Assembly: GCF_006345805.1 (NCBI RefSeq)
Contig: NC_042998.1
Coordinates: 173,972,001-174,036,000, forward strand
Origin: Octopus sinensis
Lineage: Eukaryota
Reading direction: 5' to 3'
DNA: 64,000 nucleotides
Part shown: one piece after another, positions 1 to 11,902 of the stretch
Numbering within the stretch: position 1 is the stretch's first letter
Layout: every line of letters begins with the position of its first letter
The notes under the pieces: model-generated
Databases searched by the model: none
What the model was told of the DNA's origin: nothing
Seen by the model: only the letters and a program-made list of their open reading frames with translations
Made by a program: the position numbers and the translations under genes

Positions 1-44
1 TCCGCTCGAAACTAACAGTGCTGACAAATTCAAAATATGCAAGC

Positions 45-92
<48 letters not shown>

Positions 93-469
93 GTATATAT
101 GTTTGTATACATATATAATAAATCCCGTATGTATACACATAAGAAAACTATTCAAAAGAATAGTATCGCGGTTCTTTTGAAAAACTCACCCTCGGGAAAC
201 AAATGAATTGTTTGCCAATGTGCTTACAGCAGATTTTGCTTAATGTACTGTATTACGAGTAAGCACCTCAGCATTTATAGACTATTTCGTTACTAAATTG
301 TGATGCATATAGCTAATTCAAACATATGAATTAGCAAAACAAGATTAAGTTGGTATGAATACTGTTATATTTCATTTAAAACTATTATTGAACATAATAT
401 ATCTTATTAAGCGTATTTAATTCTTAAAGTGATTTAAAAAGGGAGGAGTTTCGGGAGATAAAATATAGC

Positions 470-876
470 TGCTTCCATCTATTTTCTCCGCCCACTATTC
501 CTGAGTGTCGTGAGAGTAGGATCTTCAAGCTACTCCTCCACTGGGTCCTATTAGAAGCGACCGTCCTTACCCTTTCCGAAACATGGATATTTTCCAACCA
601 TCTCGCTCTCGGTATACCCCTAGCTCTTTCACCCGTTGACTTGATTTGAAAAATCTGTTTTGTGATGTTTTCGTGCAACAGTCTAACCACATGTCCGTCG
701 TACCGGAGCTGTATGACCTCTCAATGCGGAGAATTATCTATCCGAGCTATTCACCCTATCGAATAACTTTCTTCCAAAGATCCGTTTCAAGGATCTTTGG
801 AGAAACCCCTTTTCTTCCGCTTGTATTCGCAACCGCACTTTTTCGATCGTTACACAGCATTCATAACAATACGTGA
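470..876 (-). mobile_element. RTE-clade LINE 3' fragment, frameshifted
   Basis: Minus-strand translation gives YCYEC..RIQAEEKGFLQRSLKRIFGRKLFDRVNS and QLRYDGHVVRLLHENITKQIFQIKSTGERARGIPRARWLENI..ASNRTQWR, matching the RTE C-terminal pattern (QLRWFGHV.R...G.R.RGRP..RW.D.I...A.NR..WR). Confidence 0.8.
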
Positions 877-1109
877 GGACAGGCAAGAAAATCGAATTGA
901 AGATAGTAAGTAAAATATATACAGAAGTAAAGATATTCTTTTAAGGTGCAGAAACCAAAATACTTAGAGGAAACGTACATATCCAAATACTGAAACTGTG
1001 ATACAAGCAAAGAGAAAGAAATTAATTTTTAAAAAATTGCGATGATTCTCAGCTTATAAGATATTAGAGCTGTGCCTTCATAGCTTTGACAATTTTGAAC
1101 CTTATCAAA

Positions 1110-1905
1110 GGCGACGAGCTGGCAGAAACGTTAGCACGCCAGGCGAAACGCTTAGCGATATTTCGTCTGTCGTTACGTTCTGAGTTCAAATTCCGCCGAG
1201 GTCGATTTTGCCTTTCATCCTTTCGGGGTCGATAAATAAAGTACCAGTTTCGCACTGGGGTCTATATAAGCGACTTAATACTTATGTCTGTCCTTGTTTG
1301 TCCCCTCTATGTTTAGCCCCTTTTGGGTAATAAAGAAATAGGTATTTCGTCTGCCGTTACGTTGTGAGTTCAAATTCCGCCGAGGTCGACTTTGCCTTTC
1401 ATCCTTTCGGGGTCAATAAATTAAGTACCAGTTATGCACTGGGGTCGATGTAATCGACTTAATCCCTTTGTCTGTCCTTGTTTGTCCTCTCTGTGTTTAG
1501 CCCATTGTGGGTAGTAAAGAAATAGGTATTTCGTCCGCCGTTACGTTCTGAGTTCAAATTCCGCCGAGGTCGACTTTGCCTTTCATCCTTTCGGGGTCGA
1601 TAAATTAAGTACCAGACGCACTGGGGTCGATCTAACCGACTTAATCCTTGTGTCTGTACTTGTTTGTCCCCTCTATGTTTAGCTCCTTGTGGGCAATAAA
1701 GAAATAAGAAACGTTAGCACGCCGGGCGAATTCCTTAGCGATATTTCGTCTGTCTTTACGTTCTGAGTTCAAATTCCACCGAGGTCGACTTTGCCTTTCA
1801 TCCTTTCGGGGTCGATAAATTAAGTACCAGCTGCGTACTTGGGTCGATCTAATCGACTAGCTCCCTCTCTCCAAAATTCCCGGCCTTTTGCCAAGATTAG
1901 AGAAG
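1110..1905 (+). mobile_element. Tandem array of four units of tRNA-derived SINE family A (Nin/Deu-like central domain)
   Basis: Unit 1 (1110-1340) has A-box TGGCAGAAACGTTAG and B-box GAGTTCAAATTCC. Units 2 (1341-1524) and 3 (1525-1706) lack the head; unit 4 has a different 3' end. All carry GTCGACTTTGCCTTTCATCCTTTCGGGGTCGATAAATTAAGTACCAG. Confidence 0.9.
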
Positions 1906-1939
1906 AATTTTGAACCTTGTCATTTGAACACCTCAGGCT

Positions 1940-3420
1940 TTACGATAGAGTCATTACCAAAGATATTAAGTGGGTTTCCACAATTATGACTTCTTACTTA
2001 AAATTAGTCAATAGCAAAGTAGTATCCTCCAATATGCTGCTCAAAAACTGTTAACGTTTGCATTGGAAATTTCTTGAATATTATGGCAAATTTCGATGTT
2101 CTAGAAACTTAAGTCTCTTCAATCAAATACACTCTTGTTAAGACAAAGGGAATTTGGGATATAAGTGCATCCTCTATTTTGTTGCATCCAGTGATAATAG
2201 TATTGGTGATGGAATTTAGAATAAGTTTCTTAATCAACAGTTCTCTACTATTGCATAACCGCGAGTGGTGTCTATTACACGGCAGCATTCTTAGGAACCG
2301 TATGTGTATTTTTAGCTGAAGTCTGTGTAGCGTAGATCTAAAGGTTCCAAAGAATTTTAAAATTCTACAGAATGGTGAACTTTCTGAAGACTGTTTCCTG
2401 GAGGCACTTGCGACAGCTGCCAATCGATGCTGTAGATGCAAACAGTCTCCTTCTTTTATCTTATTTTTATTTTTTATTTTTTTATTCTTTTGGCGCCCAG
2501 CCATTTATGAATTAGTTAATGTTGTTACAGTTTAAAGAACAACGCGTTTATGGGAGGTGTATCCATGGCGCCATTACTGCCAGAAGGCAATCAACCCTCT
2601 AAATGTTACAGTAATTTATGAGCAAAAGATGAAACAGTCGTCAATCTCCAAAAATATTAATTGACCTGTTTGTAGATTGTTTGAAATTTTGGCTTATATC
2701 CAAAGTGATAACGATTTAATGATGCTCGTGTTTCACTGGCTTTTGTTACTTTCGGAATAACTGGTCGGGGCTGACAGTAGCCACTTCACAAAACAACCGT
2801 TGCTTTTCCCATTTGAGATCTATTGCCGTGCAAGTCATATCCAGTTCCTCCAGAGCTCTCTTGTAAACTACTACGTAATTCATTCTACTTATTTGTCATC
2901 GCTTAAGAATTTGTTCGGTTCCAGAATCTTTGCAATCATTGAAACAGGTGTATCCTTTGCGGCCAAGTCCAAGCAAACTTCAAATTTGAGATTAGAATAT
3001 GATGTGCAGAAACCAGGAAGGTGTGGGGCAGCAAAACCTAAATAGGAAAATAACTGCACTAGTGATTCCCCTTTGTTTACTGACTAGTTGTCACTTCAGT
3101 TCTATCATCAACAGCAGGGACGCAAAATCTTACTTCTTGTAATCGAATCCTATCGAAAATTTTAAATAGGTTACCCTATTTCCCACACTAGCGTCGGGTT
3201 CATAATCATTGATATATGCTATTAATGTACCCTTATTATATGATACTTCTTTTCATATCTCTATTCGTAGATTAGTGAACTCAGTGTTGTTAAGTAAATG
3301 GAGGCCATATTTTTAGAGGTAATAGGCATCTATGTTTTTGTCGTTTGTTGATGAGGGCTGCTTTATATATGTTATATGTAATATGTCCCCATACAAGGCT
3401 ACATCTTTTGAGCGTAATAC
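1940..3420 (-). mobile_element. Decayed Helitron RepHel (PIF1-like helicase) remnant
   Basis: Collinear minus-strand peptides across frameshifts: KEVSYNKGTLIAYINDYEP, KQRGITSAV, FAAPHLPGFCTSYS..LDLAAKDTPV, KRALEELDMT, TVVL*SGYCQPRPVIPKVTKA, LHRLQLKI..LRML..RLCNSRELLIKKL..TIITGCNKIEDALISQIPFV, KRLKF..FAIIFKKFPMQTLTV. Order and content match Helitron helicase motifs. Confidence 0.8.
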
Positions 3421-3598
3421 TAGAAATGCACGGTTAGGTTATGATGATTTTTGAGCCAAGGGTAAGGTATACTGAATAGTTTACAGTGTCAATACAGCAT
3501 AACGAATGCTAAGACACAGAAGTTTCTGACCATGTTGCATCCTAGTGGACATGACTCTAGAGCAATCTAAGCATAAAGTATCGCTTTTACTCTCTGTC

Positions 3599-4017
3599 TA
3601 TTTCTTTTCTACCCACAAGGGGCTAAACACAGAGAGAGAGGACAAACAAGGACAGACACACGGATTAAGTCGATTATATCGACCCCAGTGCGTAACTGGT
3701 ACTTATTTAGTCGACCCCGAAAGGATGAAAGGCAAAGTCGACCTCGGCGGAATTTGAACTCAGAACATAGCGGCAGACAAAATACCTATTTCTTTACTAC
3801 CCACAAGGGGCTAAACACAGAGAGGACAAAGAAGGACAGACAAACTGATTAAGTCGATTTGATCGACCCCAGTGCGTAACTGGTACTTATTTAATCTACC
3901 CCGAAAGGATGAAAGGCAAAGTCGACCTCGGCGGAATTTGAACTCAGAACGCAACGGCAGACGAAATATGGCTACGCATTTCGCCCGGCGTACTAACGTT
4001 TCTGCCAGCTCGCGCCT
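3599..4017 (-). mobile_element. SINE family A dimer (full unit plus headless unit)
   Basis: Reverse complement of the 1110-1524 pattern: full unit 3787-4017, headless unit 3599-3786, same internal junction. Confidence 0.9.
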
Positions 4018-4389
4018 TCTTTTACTCTCTTTCTGTTTATCTCTTTCTCTTTATTTTTCTCTTCCTCTTTCTCTCTCTGTTTCTCTTTCTTATTCTTTCT
4101 CTCCCATTCATTCTCTTTGTCGTTCTCTCCGACTTTTTCTCTTTCTCTGTCGTTCTCACTATGTAGGAAATGCAATATTTGCAATTAACTTGAATTTCAG
4201 ATATTATAGAAAAAAAAGTACTATTCTGTACATTACAGTGTCTTTCAGTGACATTGTCAGACTTATAAACCTTGGCTTAGGCTCTTAATGCTTGATGGAG
4301 TCGAAGAGACGGTGTCATGCCGTGTTTTTGGTATTTTTAGATATTACTGAGGCCATCTCTTTCCACAATTAAGTATTGCCTATTTCTAA

Positions 4390-4397
4390 CAAAAAAG

Positions 4398-4432
<35 letters not shown>

Positions 4433-4760
4433 AGGAAGGAAGGAAGGAAGGAAGGAAGGAAGGAAGGAAGGAAGGAAGGAAGGAAGGAAGGAAGGAAGGA
4501 AGGAAGGAAAGAAGAAGGAAGAAGGAAAGAAGGAAGGAAGGAAGGAAGGAAGGAAGGAAGAAAGGAGAAGGAAGGAAGGAAGGAAGGAAGGAAAGAAAGA
4601 AAGAAAGAAAGAAAGAAAGAAGGAAGGAAGGAAGGAAGGAAGGAAGGAAGGAAGGGAGGAAGGAAGGAAGGAAGGAAGAAAGGAAGGAAGGAAGGAAGGA
4701 AAGAAAGAAAGGAAGAAGGAAGGAAGGAAAGAAGGAAGGAAGGAAGGAAGGAAGGAAGGA

Positions 4761-4823
<63 letters not shown>

Positions 4824-4850
4824 GAAGGAAGGAAGGAAAGAAAGAAAGTG
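4390..4850. repeat. (GAAA)n/(GGAA)n polypurine tract, about 460 bp
   Basis: Read directly; it generates the spurious ORFs at 4337-5084. Confidence 0.97.
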
Positions 4851-5180
4851 GGAGTAAGAGAGAGCAATCAGACAGACAGAAAGAGAAGAATCGACCTCTG
4901 TATTGTATCGACCCCGAAATAATGAAGAAAGAGAAAGTTGACAACAATATGCAGACACATACAAAAACACATACACATATACACAGACATATACATACAT
5001 AGATACATACAAATAAACTAAACTCATGCATACAGACAAATGCACACACATTATTGGCCTAGGCCGTGTATGAATTAATAGCACTACATGAAGTAATATT
5101 TCAAGTTTCGTGTTTTAGGAAATCATAGCCCATTCGAGTAGGGGGTTGTTGTTTGATGACGTATATCAATGTGTCGATGG

Positions 5181-5590
5181 TTTACTCTTTTACTTGTTTC
5201 AGTCATTTGAGTGCCGCCATGCAGGAGCACCGCCTTTAGTCGAGCAACTCGACCCCGGGACTTATTCTTTTTGTAAGCCCAGTACTTATTCTATCGGTCT
5301 CTTTTGCCGAACCGCTAAGTGACGGGGACGTAAACACACCAACATCGGTTGTCAAGCAATGCTAGGGGGACAAACACAGACACACAAACATATACACACA
5401 CACTTATATATATATATACATACATACGACAGACTTCTTTCAGTTTCCGTCTACCAAATCCACTCACAAGGCATTGGTCGGCCCGGGGCTATAGCAGAAG
5501 ACACTTGCCCAAGATGCCACGCAGTGGGACTGAACCCGGAACCATGAGGTTGGTTAGCAAGCTACTTACCACACAGCCACTCCTGCGCCT
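5181..5590 (-). mobile_element. tRNA-derived CORE-like SINE family B, full length
   Basis: Minus strand: A-box TGGCTGTGTGG, B-box GGGTTCAGTCCC, CORE-like TCTTGGGCAAGTGTCTTCT, internal AT/GT microsatellite, tail AATGACTGAAACAAGTAAAAGAGTAAA. Confidence 0.9.
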
Positions 5591-6144
5591 AATATTTTGT
5601 CTAATATATTTTACAGGAATTTGTCCAGATAGCATTTGACGATTGTGAGCTTAATGTCTGCTTAAATGAGGTGGGATCTGTTAATGAAAAAATAATGCTT
5701 GTTACAATGTTGGTATGTGATATAAGCTCGGGTTGTGTGTAGGACCTATGAACGTGGGCCAAGCCTTAAGTGACTTGTTATATTGATACTAACATCGTTT
5801 GGATAACATTGACGTTTATCTGTTATCTTTTGCTTCTTTCATGCATTGACCGCCTATAGCCGAACAAATCGAATACAGGACATATTTTTAAAGCACAGTA
5901 ACATACATATTTCTAAACCCTAGTAACAGTTAAGATACAGGGCTTTAAATACACCAACACCGGTTGTCAAGCTGTGGTGGGTGACAAACACTGACACAAA
6001 GACACACACAAATAGGTATGTATATACATACATACATACATACATCATACGTACGTACGTACGTACATACATCATCCTTAGACGTATACATAACCTCTAA
6101 CTCATAATTTATATGTATACACACACCCACAACACACACACACA

Positions 6145-6164
6145 ACACATATATATATATATAT

Positions 6165-6214
<50 letters not shown>

Positions 6215-6248
6215 ATATATATATATATATCTATAATATATATATATA
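6145..6248. repeat. (AT)n microsatellite, representative of many AT tracts (also about 47-110, 6745-6795, 12490-12630, 14290-14390, 15095-15360, 16510-16760, 18130-18250, 54510-54890, 55055-55135, 59235-59405, 62298-62345, 62585-62690)
   Basis: Read directly. Confidence 0.95.
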
Positions 6249-6302
6249 TTTTAAAATTATAAGTATATGAAAGAATGGAGTTGAACGACTAGTTAACAAA
6301 TA

Positions 6303-6399
6303 TCCTTTATTCTCGACATATGTTTCGAGGGCTGCATATTCCTAATTCCGAAGGAATAAGGGGTACATTATGCAGATTTCTCATCAGGAAAATCAAGGA
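6303..6399 (-). ncRNA. Type I minimal hammerhead ribozyme (left arm)
   Basis: Minus strand: stem I TCCTTGATTTTC / GAGAATAAAGGA, core CTGATGA, stem II GA..CTGCATA/TATGCAG..TC, GAAA, palindromic ACATATGT, cleavage triplet GUC. Confidence 0.85.
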
Positions 6400-6452
6400 A
6401 CTTATGTCGACATCAAAATGCACATTTGATGCATTTTGATGTCGACATAAGT

Positions 6453-6548
6453 TCCTTGATTTTCCTGATGAGAAATCTGCATAATGTACCCCTTACTCTT
6501 CGGAATTAGGAATATGCAGCCTTCGAAACATATGTCGAGAATAAAGGA
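6453..6548 (+). ncRNA. Type I minimal hammerhead ribozyme (right arm)
   Basis: Stem I 6453-6464 pairs with 6537-6548 (11 of 12 pairs); CTGATGA 6465-6471; stem II GAA+CTGCATA / TATGCAG+TTC; GAAA 6525-6528; CATATG then TC; predicted cleavage after 6536. Confidence 0.88.
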
Positions 6549-6755
6549 TATTTGTTAATAGTCATTCAACTCCATTCTTTCATATACTTATAATTTTAAA
6601 ATAAACATACAAATTTCCGCACGAAGACACGTAGTCTATGCCCTGTGGACGTAGCTTCAACCGTGTTCTTTCTTGTGGAATTGCTACCCATGTATCGGTT
6701 ATCTTTCGAATTATCCTTAATAAGATAATTCATTCAATTACTCAATATATATTAT

Positions 6756-6799
<44 letters not shown>

Positions 6800-6800
6800 A

Positions 6801-8004
6801 TTGGGTCATCCCATAAATAATGAGGTTTCTTATACTTCTTTTATTTTTCAAAATTAAGACAAGGTTCATTTTTAATCTAAAATATACCCTCCTTAATTTT
6901 TTACATTGTACCTCCGTCTATATGGTAGACTTGGAAGGCCCGCTCTTCCAAAATCCACTTGTCCGTGACGAAAAATACACCTCGAGTGCTGTTCTAACCT
7001 CGTCTACAGAATTCATATTTTTTCCGTCCCAGTGATTTTGAAGACTGCGGAATAAATGATAATCAAATGGGGCAATGTCCGGTAAATACAGTGGGTGGAG
7101 CATCGTTTCCCATTCAAACTGCTCCAACCTTTCGAATGTCATCCTCGCTGTATGTGGCAGAGCATTATCCTCCTGGAAGAACACCTTTCGTCTTGAAACT
7201 TAAGCCTCTCAAGCTGCTCACAGTAGATCTCCTTTCTTATCGTTTGGTTTGGGTTTAAAATGTTTTAGTCGACTAAACCTTTCATATGCCACCAAGCAGA
7301 TAACAACACCTTACGTGGATGAAGAACTTCTTTAGCCTGAGTTACCGGTGTTTATCGTTTCCCTACCTACTGTCTTCAGCGCTTGACATTTTTATAGAGA
7401 ACCCATTTCTCGTTACCAGTTACTCTTAGGTCCAAAAAAGCTTCATTCGTTAAACGTGACAGCAAAGAAGCGCACACATTTTCTCTCTGTGCGCAATTAG
7501 ACTCGGAATGTTTGTGAGAAACCCATTGACCGAATTTGTTGACTTTTCCGATGGTACGCAAGTATCGATGAATGCTTGAATGACCAAATTCAAGCCTCAC
7601 TGCTAGTTCTTCTAGGACGTCCTCATCGAGCTTTACAGACCTGCTCGTCTTTTAGGATGTAGCTTCCGACTCGAAATTTCTGGAACCCCCGTTGAAACTT
7701 GTTTACACTTATTGTCCAATCTCCATATGCTGCATTAACATTGCTCGCACTTTCCGTTGCGTTGTTGCCTTTATTGAACTTATAAAGGAAAATATGCCGA
7801 ATATGTTCCTTTGTCACTTCCATTACAGCTTTGAAAAAATAACTGTTAAAATCAAACTGCACTCTTCAAAACTTGCACTAAGAATAAGTACAAGGTTGAA
7901 TTACTACTTGCTTCTTTAGCAAGTTGATGTAGGGAGTTTATCCCGTCCCCCTCCGACTTTTAGTTCATGCATTATTTAAAAACCGCATTTATAGGATGAC
8001 CCAA
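6801..8004 (-). mobile_element. Full-length mariner transposon with inactivated transposase
   Basis: TIRs TTGGGTCATCCCATAAATAATGAGGTTT and AAACCGCATTTATAGGATGACCCAA followed by TA. Transposase pieces MEVTKEHIRHIFLYKFNKG (ATG at 7823), GQWVSHKHS..VTGNEKWVLYKNVKR, QEDNALPH..HPLYLPDIAPFDYHLFRSLQN. Confidence 0.93.
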
Positions 8005-8014
8005 TATATTTCCC

Positions 8015-8165
8015 ACGGTCTTCATTCAATTTCCGTCTACCAAATCCACTCACAGGGCTTTGATCGGCCCGAAGCTGTGGTAGAAGACACTTGCCCAAGG
8101 AGCCATGCAGTGGGGCTGAATCCAGAACGATGTGGTTGGGTGTCAAGCTTCATACAACACAAGTA
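8015..8165 (-). mobile_element. SINE family B 5' fragment
   Basis: TTTCCGTCTACCAAATCCACTCACAGGGC..GAAGACACTTGCCCAAGG matches 5445-5520. Confidence 0.8.
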
Positions 8166-9002
8166 GTGTGGCGCTAGCGGTGATGTTGGAGAAAATAATA
8201 TTTGTGTCTTTCGAGAGGATTACAATAGTCATGTACTGTCATACGGCTTCCTTTCAGTTGCAGTCCATTTTCTTTGAATTTTCTTTTTTTTTTTTCTTCA
8301 TTTTTGCGTGTTTCAATTCAATTCTTATAAGGATATGTTATGCATAGACAGGCCGTAATGAGCAGTAACCAGCAATATACAAGGAGAGACCAGGAGAGTG
8401 CAGAGAAAAGAAGAATGATGTCATTAGTATCTGTGGACAGTAACGTTGTAAAGTGATATGTGCACTCTGCGGTCCATAACGACTTAATCATTTGATTTGT
8501 ACAGATATGAAACTACATGTATATAGAAAATATGCACACCTTATAACGCGAAATATCTAATCGTGAAAAAAAAAACAGACTCAGTGACTGGAACTCATGT
8601 CAAGGGAAATAACTAATAAATACAAATTGAGAGTAATTTCCCCTGCTTACTGCGAAAATACTTCAGATAAATATTTGTTATATTTATTGAATGCTGGACA
8701 ATCTACGCGCCTGCTTCAATTTCTCAAGTATCTATTAATGTATAATGAAAAGCCATATAGAATTTCACTATTTCATCTGTTTATGATATGGTATAGAATT
8801 TTTTGTCGGTCTTGTTTTTAGCTGTAAGTTTTCTTTTTTTCTCTAGCATTGGCGTCGAGAACAAAATTGTTAATTCTGTCACTTGGTCAGCAGATGGTAA
8901 AATTTTGAAAATTTGGCTACTATTTTTAATTGGTATTATTGTTGTTGCTCTTTAACCCTAGGTCAAGTCTCTCCAATAATTCTACATAGTAGAAAGTATA
9001 CG

Positions 9003-9482
9003 AACCGTAACCATATCACTCTTCTAGTGACAGTTGTAACCTTCCCATTTTAGAAAGTAACAGAACGAGTGATCTGTGTCTCTGTCTATCTGTCTACCTG
9101 ACTATTGGTCTACATCATTAGTAATTAAATTCGAGCTCTTCCTTTACACATTTTCTCTCTCCTTAGGCGAAAGATCAGTAGAGAAACCTTAGATAAATCT
9201 TCTCCCGACGACTTATGAACAGAAGTTACTGACAAGTAACTGAATTTTAATTATCTTGACCATATCCGTGACCATATCTTGACCATAACCGTAACCATAT
9301 CACTCTTTTAGTGACAGTTGTAACCTTCCCATTGTAGAAAGTAACAGAACGAGTGATATGTGTCTCTGTCTACTTGTCTACATCATAAGTAATTAAATTT
9401 GAGCTCTTTCTTTTACACACTTTTTCTCTCCTCAGGCGAAAGATCAGTAGAGAAACATCAGATAACTCTTCTCGCGACCACG
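9003..9482 (+). repeat. Local direct duplication, two units of about 200 bp (9003-9210, 9288-9482)
   Basis: Both begin AACCGTAACCATATCACTCTT..AGTGACAGTTGTAACCTTCCCATT and end GGCGAAAGATCAGTAGAGAAAC..AGATAA.TCTTCTC; short GACCATATC repeats lie between them. Confidence 0.85.
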
Positions 9483-9976
9483 GAAACAATTCGCTGTAGA
9501 TATTCGAACACGAACCACAAACCTCACAGACGGTTGTTCTCTTATCTAACAAAGTGCTGAATAACCTTAGTATATGTTTTAGCAAGCTCCCTATTTAAAA
9601 TGAGAAATATGCACAAAAGATGCGTAGTATAAGTTCTCTTTACAAATTAAGTTTAAGTATGATCTGTAGTCCCCAAAGCCTTTGTAGAACATTCCAAACT
9701 TCAAAAGTTTTGTAAATAGATGGAACGTTTTTGAATAGAGAAACAAGCGTTAATGTACTTAATGTGACGGGACTGTACCTAGGGGAGGTAAGCATTGCTA
9801 AACAATGCGTAACTCAACCAAACAACAGAGAAGGGACACAACTTAAACCTAAAAGGGAATTCGACAAAAATACGGTACTTGAATTGATACATCTCAGACC
9901 CCAAATTTACTAAAACAGAAAATGTTATTTGGTGAGGGGGAGAGAGGTGGGATCTTCATCAGACATAGTGACAACT

Positions 9977-10029
<53 letters not shown>

Positions 10030-10067
10030 CTTCTTCTTCTTCTTCTTCTTCTTCTTCTTCTTCTTCT
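9977..10067. repeat. (GTT)n(CTT)n compound microsatellite
   Basis: Read directly. Confidence 0.97.
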
Positions 10068-10445
10068 TGTTTAGTCCTAAGGCTGACTCTGGCATTCCAG
10101 TCGTGACCATATTTAAGAAGGCTGTGCTCTTTCCACTTTTATGTAGATTGGTCGTAAAATTGATGGAGATTTGTTAATTCTAGCAGTTTGTACACCCATG
10201 TGAAAACCACGTAGTTGATTCATATTGTAATTCTGATGGCTGCAGAGTAAAACATGAGCAGATGAGACAGGGTTTTTCGTGAATGCTTGACCTGTTAGAA
10301 ATAGAAACAAACTCCCCCTCAAACCACATCCTGCGGTTTTAAAAAGCCAAGGACGCATTAAAGAATACAGTATGGCTACGGCTGGGTTGCTTTTCATAAT
10401 AGATCAGTAATATCAGGATTGAACTGAGATGGGGTTAAATAGCAA
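10065..10445. mobile_element. Short non-autonomous element with degenerate inverted terminal motifs (MITE-like)
   Basis: Starts GTTTAGTCCTAAGG..GGCATTCCAGTCGTGACCAT; its end reverse-complements to GTTGCTATTTAACCCC..AAAAGCAACCCAGCCGTAGCCAT. Confidence 0.45.
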
Positions 10446-10654
10446 CTTGGAAATTGCAGGAATTGCACTTTTGCGAATAAGGATTGGGCAAAGTGACGTG
10501 TGTCTAAGACATAGTCAGAAAAATGAGAAGAGAATCAAGCGATGAAGTAGAGTTACCAGAGTTAGAGGTAGAGGTCACGGAGACAGGGTAGAGGAGACAG
10601 ACACAGAGAGAGGGGGGAAGACAGAGAGAGAGAGGGGGGGAGATAGCTCAGGAA

Positions 10655-11450
10655 GCAGAAATCGGTAGCTTCTTTCGTTGTGAGGACGACCAGATAGTAA
10701 TTTTAATGAATCTTGAAAACAGATAAGCACAAAGGAAGCCTGCCTCGATAAATTGGGAAGTCTTAGAAAATGTCTACTTAGTTGTGTACATTTGTACATA
10801 GATAAAACACAGACATCACTGCTTGTCTGTGTTTAGTACTGTGTTTAACTTGCTTTTGTTGCTTAGTTCAAGGTTAACCGAGTACACCTCGGTTAAAAGG
10901 CATTCCAGTCTTGAGCAGACAATATTTTAGGCTTCTCCAGGACTACATCATCCCTGGTACTAAAATAATCCTTACGACCAGGAATCCACATCGGACTATT
11001 AGCACGGGACAAATAGAATTCTCGTGTAACTGTGAAAGGAGAACCTCCACTGTATGCGGCATAAAGATCTGCAAGTCGGAAAAGGGATGAGCAAAGACTC
11101 TATTGAATGAGCAGCAGTGCATTCTCCAGCATATGTGTTGGAAAAACAAAGCCAGAACTAGCAAAACAGCGTCATGGACATCCATGTTATTTGATATTAA
11201 ACGAGGAATTTGTACAGGCTCTTGAGACCAGACGCTGTAAGGTCAACTTGTCAACTGTAAGTCCAAAAGAATAATGCGAGACGTTGTACCGAAAAGTAAT
11301 ACAGAAATTGAATATGTTCATAGGGAAGAACATTCTGGAACACAAGATAGCCACATTCAAGCATATTGTTTATACTATATGCAGAGACGCTTGTGGCGTA
11401 AGAGATTCAAAAGTGAAATCCCCTACCATGAAACCCAGGCGCCAGTGAGA
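10655..11450 (+). mobile_element. 5' fragment of a HERO/NeSL-like RLE non-LTR element, paralog of 20505-21285
   Basis: Collinear similarity with 20505-21285, e.g. GGACTACAT.ATCCCTGGTACTAAAATAATCCTTACG, GGCTCTTGAGACCAGACGCTGTAAG, CCAG.CGCCAGTGAGA. Confidence 0.7.
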
Positions 11451-11902
11451 GAGAGAGAAAGTGAGACACAGACAGACAAACAACCAGACAGACAGACAGA
11501 CAGACAGAGGCAGGAAGCAAGAATTCTTCAACCAACGAGTTGTTCAAAAATGAGTGTACGACGCAGTTCGTCAATGGAGTTTTCCCCCTTGACTGTGATC
11601 TCGGGTGTTATCATCATCTACATTTTACTTCTTTCAGTCATAAGAGAGTGGCTGTCATGGGGCACAGCATTGAAGGGTTCAAGCGGACAAATCCACTCCA
11701 GCACATTTTTTTAAAAGTCTAGTACCTATTCTATCTCTGGTCTTCCGCCGAACCGCAAGCATAAGTGGACGTAATTAAAACAATGCCTATTTATCAACGG
11801 TTGTGGTACAAACACACACATATATACAAAAATACACACAAAACACACAACAAACACACACACATGTACACACGTAAATATATATACACATATATATATA
11901 TA

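Larger units (their letters stand above)
6249..6601. mobile_element. Near-perfect fold-back (about 174-bp arms, 7-nt spacer): inverted pair of Penelope-like terminal repeats (pLTR)
   Basis: 6249-6422 is the reverse complement of 6430-6601 with about 6 differences; spacer CATTTGA; each arm carries an HHR; abuts (AT)n. Confidence 0.9.

Noticed and set aside
1110-1905. CRISPR-like regular repeats
   Set aside because: Whole 183-bp SINE units repeat with no unique spacers, the DNA is eukaryotic, and there are no cas genes.
4337-5084. Four long ORFs of 176-232 aa
   Set aside because: They are translations of the (GAAA/GGAA)n tract. The same applies to YI-, HT-, CV-, MYVC-, poly-I and poly-E ORFs throughout the window.
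5520-5590. tRNA gene
   Set aside because: A and B boxes are present but belong to SINE heads; no complete cloverleaf. The same holds for 1110, 18757, 48254 and 52958.
9730-9960. Zinc-knuckle or ORF1-like remnant (LYLGEVSIAKQC)
   Set aside because: Only a partial CCHC resemblance, too decayed to support.
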